This document shows, in pieces, positions 59,945 through 64,000 of a stretch of DNA of 64,000 nucleotides. The DNA comes from an uncultured delta proteobacterium (GTDB lineage: Bacteria > Desulfobacterota > RBG-13-43-22). The stretch spans positions 1,536,001 to 1,600,000 of the forward strand of contig CAWBOS010000010.1 of the NCBI GenBank assembly GCA_963790475.1, in the 5' to 3' direction. The translations under genes were made by a program, and so were the position numbers. The first letter of the stretch is position 1; every line of letters begins with the position of its first letter. Under the pieces are notes generated by a model. That model searched no databases. It worked only from the letters and a program-made list of their open reading frames with translations, and was not told where the DNA came from.

Positions 59945-62791
59945 TCAATCATTCTCCTGCAATGACCAGAAGGCACGAACCATAGTTCCTTGACCCGTAA
60001 CGGATTCAACTTCCAAGAGTCCCCCGGAAAGTTCCGTTCGCGCCTTCAGGTTCAAAAGCCCCAACCCCCCCCAGGGACTTCTCTTAACCATGACCTCCTC
60101 CGGGTCAAAACCGAGGCCGTTATCTTCAACGGTAAATTCCATCCGGTGGTCATTTTTCTGGAGGCGAAGCGTGACCCGGCGCGCCTGGCTGTGTTTGGCC
60201 ACATTGCTCAGCGTTTCCTGCAAGATTCTATAGATGACCAGTTTGGCCGATGAGGGGATTTCGTGTTCGGCCAGGCTTTCCTGTCTCTTAATGGTCAGGC
60301 CCGGATGGCTCTTTTCAAATTCCCGACAGTACCAATCTACCGTGGCCAGGATGCCGATATCATCGAGGACATAAGGCCATAGATCTCCCTGCATGGAACG
60401 GATTTTTCCCACTGCCTCGAGGAGGTCAGCCATGATTTTTTTCGATCTTTTCTGCAAAGCGGCCCGGTCCATTCCTTCCCGGTCGGAGAAGAGGTCTTCC
60501 ATCTCAAGACGAATGGCCACCAGCGCTTGCCAGGCATTGTCATGGAGATCATAAGAGACCCGCCTTCGTTCATCCTCCTGGGCGGAAACAAGCCGGGAAG
60601 AAAGATCGGCCAGCTCCGCGGTCCTTTCCTTGACGCGCTCTTCCAGCGTCTCCGTGAGATGCTCAAGTTCCAAGGTCCGTTGTTCCAATACCCCTTCAGC
60701 CCGCTTGCGCTCGGTGATGTCCAGAACGAAGGCTACCCCGTTGAACCGAACCTCATCCAGCATGGCACCGGCGATTAGGATTGGAAGGCGTGACCCATCC
60801 TTGCGTATATACTCCTTCTCGAAGGGCGTCTTGTTCATGCCTGTGGTTTTCAGTTCTGCAACCGAGTTCTCATCCAGAGGCCGATACTCTGGCGGGGTCA
60901 GGCCGCTCCATTCGATTCGACCCACAGTCAGGTCCTCCCGATCGAAGCCCACCATCTCCAGGAACTTATCATTGGCCTCAGTGATCTCGCCGTTCATGTT
61001 CCAGTAGAATACCCCGAGCAGGCCGGATTCATAAAATCGCCGCAGGCGGTTCTCGCTCTCGCGCAGCGCTTCTTGAGCCCGCCGCTTCTCGGTGACGTCA
61101 TGAAAGACCAGGACCATACCGGTGATGTTACCCGCATCGTCCTTGATCGGCGCTGCGCTGTCCTCGATGGGGATCAATTTCCCCTCTCGGGTGATAAGGG
61201 CCGTATGGTTTGAAAGGGTGACGACGGATCCGTCCCGCAGCACACGCCTAACGATGTCCTCGGCCGGCTCGCGATTCCGTTCGTTGATGATCCTGAAGAT
61301 GTTCTCAACCGGTTGTCCTGTGGTTTCCTCCGGTCGCCAGCCGGTCAGGGCCTGGGCAACCGGGTTAAGAAAAGTGATCCTGCCCGAAGCGTCCGTAGTC
61401 ATGACGGCATCGCCTATGCTCGTCAAAGTGACCCGGAGCCACTCACGCTGCCGGCGCAGTTCCTCCTCGGCCATGGTCCTCTGGATCCCGATACCTAAAG
61501 CCGAAGCCACCTGTTCCGAAACCTTCACCGTATTCAGGGGGACCCTGTTTTCATTGCGGTCCGCCAGATGAATAAGCCCCAGGATGTTCGGCCCGAGCCG
61601 TATCGGGATCAGGGCGACTGATTCGTAGCCCGTTTGATTACAGACATTCCGGGTCTGCCCCTTGTCCTCTTCAGAGACCGTGGCCAGGAACCGGGTAGTC
61701 CCGTTCATGTAGAAAGAGCCGCCCTCGGTGTAGAAGGACAATCCGGGGTCGGTGGTCCCCTTGATAACGTTGATGCACAGGCAATGGTCCGTTTTTAGAG
61801 AAAGGGGGCTTTCGGTTTCATAGAACTTTCGGCCGAACCCCAGATAGGCCATATAAGGGATGTTACCATTTTCCTCCCGTAAGCGGATACCGACGGCCTC
61901 GCACCCGGTGAATTCTTTCATTTCTCCGACGAAATCCTTGAGCAAGGGGTTTAGGTCAGTGTGCCGGTTGGCGATCTCCAGGAATTTTCTTGAGGCTCGA
62001 AGCTCCGTTTCCGCTTTGTGGCGCTCGACCATCTCCCTTTCAAGATCCGCTTTAGAGGCCGTCACTTCTTTCAAATTGAGGGTCATCCGGTTGAAGGCCT
62101 GGGTTAAATCTCCGATTTCATCATTGCGTCCTACAGTGATAGCATAGTCAAGGTTACCGGATCTGATGACTTCGATCCCATTGCGGAGTTTGGTCAGATC
62201 CGAGACGATGCTTCTCCTCATTCTGATCAGGATAAAGCCAAGAGGAAATGTGGTCAATACCAAAACCACGAAGATGAAGGTGAGAATTCCTGTTTGGGTC
62301 TTCCTTATGTCCTTATCAACCAAGCTTTTCAGGGCCGAGGCAATCGAATCCGCATTATGAGACCTTATCAGGAGTTGCCCCACCAACCGTTCGTCAACTT
62401 CTTTGATCAATTTATTGCTTTCGGCCGCACCGGAGAAGCCGGTGTTGGAGACCAGCTTAAAGAAGGCGTCTTTCATGGATTGACTATTAATACCGATCTC
62501 ATTCAGAAGCTTCTGCTGGTCGGGATTCCGGAAACGTGCGCCGGCGATAAGCCTCGTCATTTTCTCCTGCTCCGCCTGGAACTGTTCTTTCGGCCGTTCC
62601 TCCCGGTAAGTAATATAAGAAATGACCAGGTGGTTAAGCTCAGTAATACTGTCCCTGATCTGCCGCACTTTATCCCCATTGTCAAAGGCAGCTTCCATGG
62701 TGGCGTAGGAGAAGATTAAGGTGGCCCCGACCACCAGGACCAACAGAACGGGAACAAATACGGCCAGGAATAATTTCGTACCAATTTTCAT
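59945..62791 (-). CDS. Sensor histidine kinase (2TM-HAMP-GAF-PAS-PAS-HisKA_3-HATPase)
   Basis: NDEIGDL HAMP; EDERRRVSYDLHD; QETLSNVAKHS, DNGLGF and GLGL. Confidence 0.93.
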   Translation of the reverse strand: MKIGTKLFLAVFVPVLLVLVVGATLIFSYATMEAAFDNGDKVRQIRDSITELNHLVISYITYREERPKEQFQAEQEKMTRLIAGARFRNPDQQKLLNEIGINSQSMKDAFFKLVSNTGFSGAAESNKLIKEVDERLVGQLLIRSHNADSIASALKSLVDKDIRKTQTGILTFIFVVLVLTTFPLGFILIRMRRSIVSDLTKLRNGIEVIRSGNLDYAITVGRNDEIGDLTQAFNRMTLNLKEVTASKADLEREMVERHKAETELRASRKFLEIANRHTDLNPLLKDFVGEMKEFTGCEAVGIRLREENGNIPYMAYLGFGRKFYETESPLSLKTDHCLCINVIKGTTDPGLSFYTEGGSFYMNGTTRFLATVSEEDKGQTRNVCNQTGYESVALIPIRLGPNILGLIHLADRNENRVPLNTVKVSEQVASALGIGIQRTMAEEELRRQREWLRVTLTSIGDAVMTTDASGRITFLNPVAQALTGWRPEETTGQPVENIFRIINERNREPAEDIVRRVLRDGSVVTLSNHTALITREGKLIPIEDSAAPIKDDAGNITGMVLVFHDVTEKRRAQEALRESENRLRRFYESGLLGVFYWNMNGEITEANDKFLEMVGFDREDLTVGRIEWSGLTPPEYRPLDENSVAELKTTGMNKTPFEKEYIRKDGSRLPILIAGAMLDEVRFNGVAFVLDITERKRAEGVLEQRTLELEHLTETLEERVKERTAELADLSSRLVSAQEDERRRVSYDLHDNAWQALVAIRLEMEDLFSDREGMDRAALQKRSKKIMADLLEAVGKIRSMQGDLWPYVLDDIGILATVDWYCREFEKSHPGLTIKRQESLAEHEIPSSAKLVIYRILQETLSNVAKHSQARRVTLRLQKNDHRMEFTVEDNGLGFDPEEVMVKRSPWGGLGLLNLKARTELSGGLLEVESVTGQGTMVRAFWSLQEND

Positions 62792-62800
62792 ATTCTTTTC

Positions 62801-63802
62801 CTATCTTCCGGCTATCTTGACCGCCTCGGGCTTGACCGACTTCAGGACGTCGGGATAAATGAAGTCAAGGTAATTCGGCACTTTTTCCGCATTCATAATT
62901 CTGTTTCTTACGGCCCACCGGGCCTGGTCCTCCAGGGAAATCAGGATGGACTGATCCAGAAATAGCTTGAAAAGGAGGTCGTCCCAGATCGGCTTTATGC
63001 CCTCTTTATTTATTTTCAACTTTTGCCCGACAATCTTCATGGCCTCATTGCTGTTCTTCTGAATAAACGCCTCGGCTTTTTCAATGGCCCGGAGAAACCC
63101 CTTCAAGGCCTCGGTATGATCCTTTAGATAATCCTTGCGGGCAATAAAGTAAACGTCATCTCGAAAGATACCTTCGCTGGGCAAAAGAAGGGCCTTATCC
63201 CCCAGGGCCTTCCTGGCCGGGTAGATATGCGGCTCCCAGGTGGTTATGGCGTCTACCTGTCCTTGTATCAGGGCCGTGGATAAGCGGGCCGGTTCCAAAT
63301 CGACAATCTTGACGTCGGACATTTGCATTTGGTGATAGGTCAGAAATAAGCTCAGAAAAAAGTGGCTGGTGGTCCGGGTAGTCATTCCTACGATCTTGCC
63401 TTTCAGGTTTTCGGGGGCCTTTATTCCCTTGTCCTGCCTGGCCAGGATCTTGATATCCCTATCCGAGTAAACCATACCGCCGATAATGGAATAATCATTC
63501 CTATGGAAGCTGTTAATAATAACCGGCGTCTGGGATGCGGTGGCCAGGTCGATACCTTTGTCGTTCAACATGGCCTGCAGGGCCGCCTGTCCCGATGCAA
63601 ATTCCCTTATCTCCACCTTAAGGCCTTCTTCCTGGAAATAGCCCTTGTTTTCGGCTATCCAGACCGGTGCGATATGAGCTATCATCTGCGTCCCAAGGAC
63701 GATTTTCTCAGGCTGCTGCGGCGCCTTCTGGCCGCAACCGGCAATGACCAGAAATAGCATTGTCCCTAAAGCAGCGGGGATAAGTCCTTGGCCGATTTTC
63801 AT
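62801..63802 (-). CDS. NMT1/SsuA-like substrate-binding lipoprotein
   Basis: Lipobox IAGC; IAENKGYF.EEGL, LKGKIVG and VDAITTWEP. Confidence 0.88.
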   Translation of the reverse strand: MKIGQGLIPAALGTMLFLVIAGCGQKAPQQPEKIVLGTQMIAHIAPVWIAENKGYFQEEGLKVEIREFASGQAALQAMLNDKGIDLATASQTPVIINSFHRNDYSIIGGMVYSDRDIKILARQDKGIKAPENLKGKIVGMTTRTTSHFFLSLFLTYHQMQMSDVKIVDLEPARLSTALIQGQVDAITTWEPHIYPARKALGDKALLLPSEGIFRDDVYFIARKDYLKDHTEALKGFLRAIEKAEAFIQKNSNEAMKIVGQKLKINKEGIKPIWDDLLFKLFLDQSILISLEDQARWAVRNRIMNAEKVPNYLDFIYPDVLKSVKPEAVKIAGR

Positions 63803-64000
63803 AATGTTTTCCTCTTCGCAATAAATTGTTCTGAAGGGTTTTCATAGTTCTCACGCTGGAGCATGGGAACGATCAGATAAAAATAGGTCAGCCGTCTCGG
63901 CTGACATTTATTGGATTCAACCTATTGTCAGGCAAGATGCCTGCCCTATTCGCTAAATTTATGATTTGTATTGATGAAGGACTCGTAAAAAGTCGTCAAG

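Overview
Nearly the whole window (about 201-59484) is one ~59 kb genomic island integrated at the 3' end of tRNA-Ala(GGC). It is bounded by a perfect 47-bp direct repeat (201-247 / 59438-59484), and a tyrosine integrase sits next to attL. Gene content suggests a Desulfobacterota-like host (inference). From left to right the island holds six parts. (1) A phage-satellite-like backbone on the minus strand: integrase, an unannotated XRE regulator, an excisionase-like HTH protein, a CHC2-TOPRIM-AAA primase-helicase with iteron clusters, and a 550-aa protein with a degenerate zincin-like domain. (2) A 250-bp stack of three foreign tRNA 3' halves (Glu, Lys, Arg), two with their own arm-type repeats. 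(3) A plus-strand defence-like block: two NDT/TIR-like proteins, HEPN-like and PD-(D/E)xK proteins, an SNF2-SIR2-DUF1156-DUF499 operon, a GIY-YIG protein and AIPR. Several of these genes are followed by degenerate integron attC-like hairpins. (4) Mixed cargo: secreted nucleases, a cold-shock protein, RecD2 and a flavodoxin. (5) lexA with an SOS box, followed by a truncated PolB2-like polymerase. (6) A truncated phage late/lysis remnant against attR. Multiple frameshifts and nonsense codons indicate decay or assembly error. Outside the island are a partial tRNA-Leu and a binding-protein/histidine kinase/response regulator operon. All family calls come from motif recognition by eye; no database search was run.
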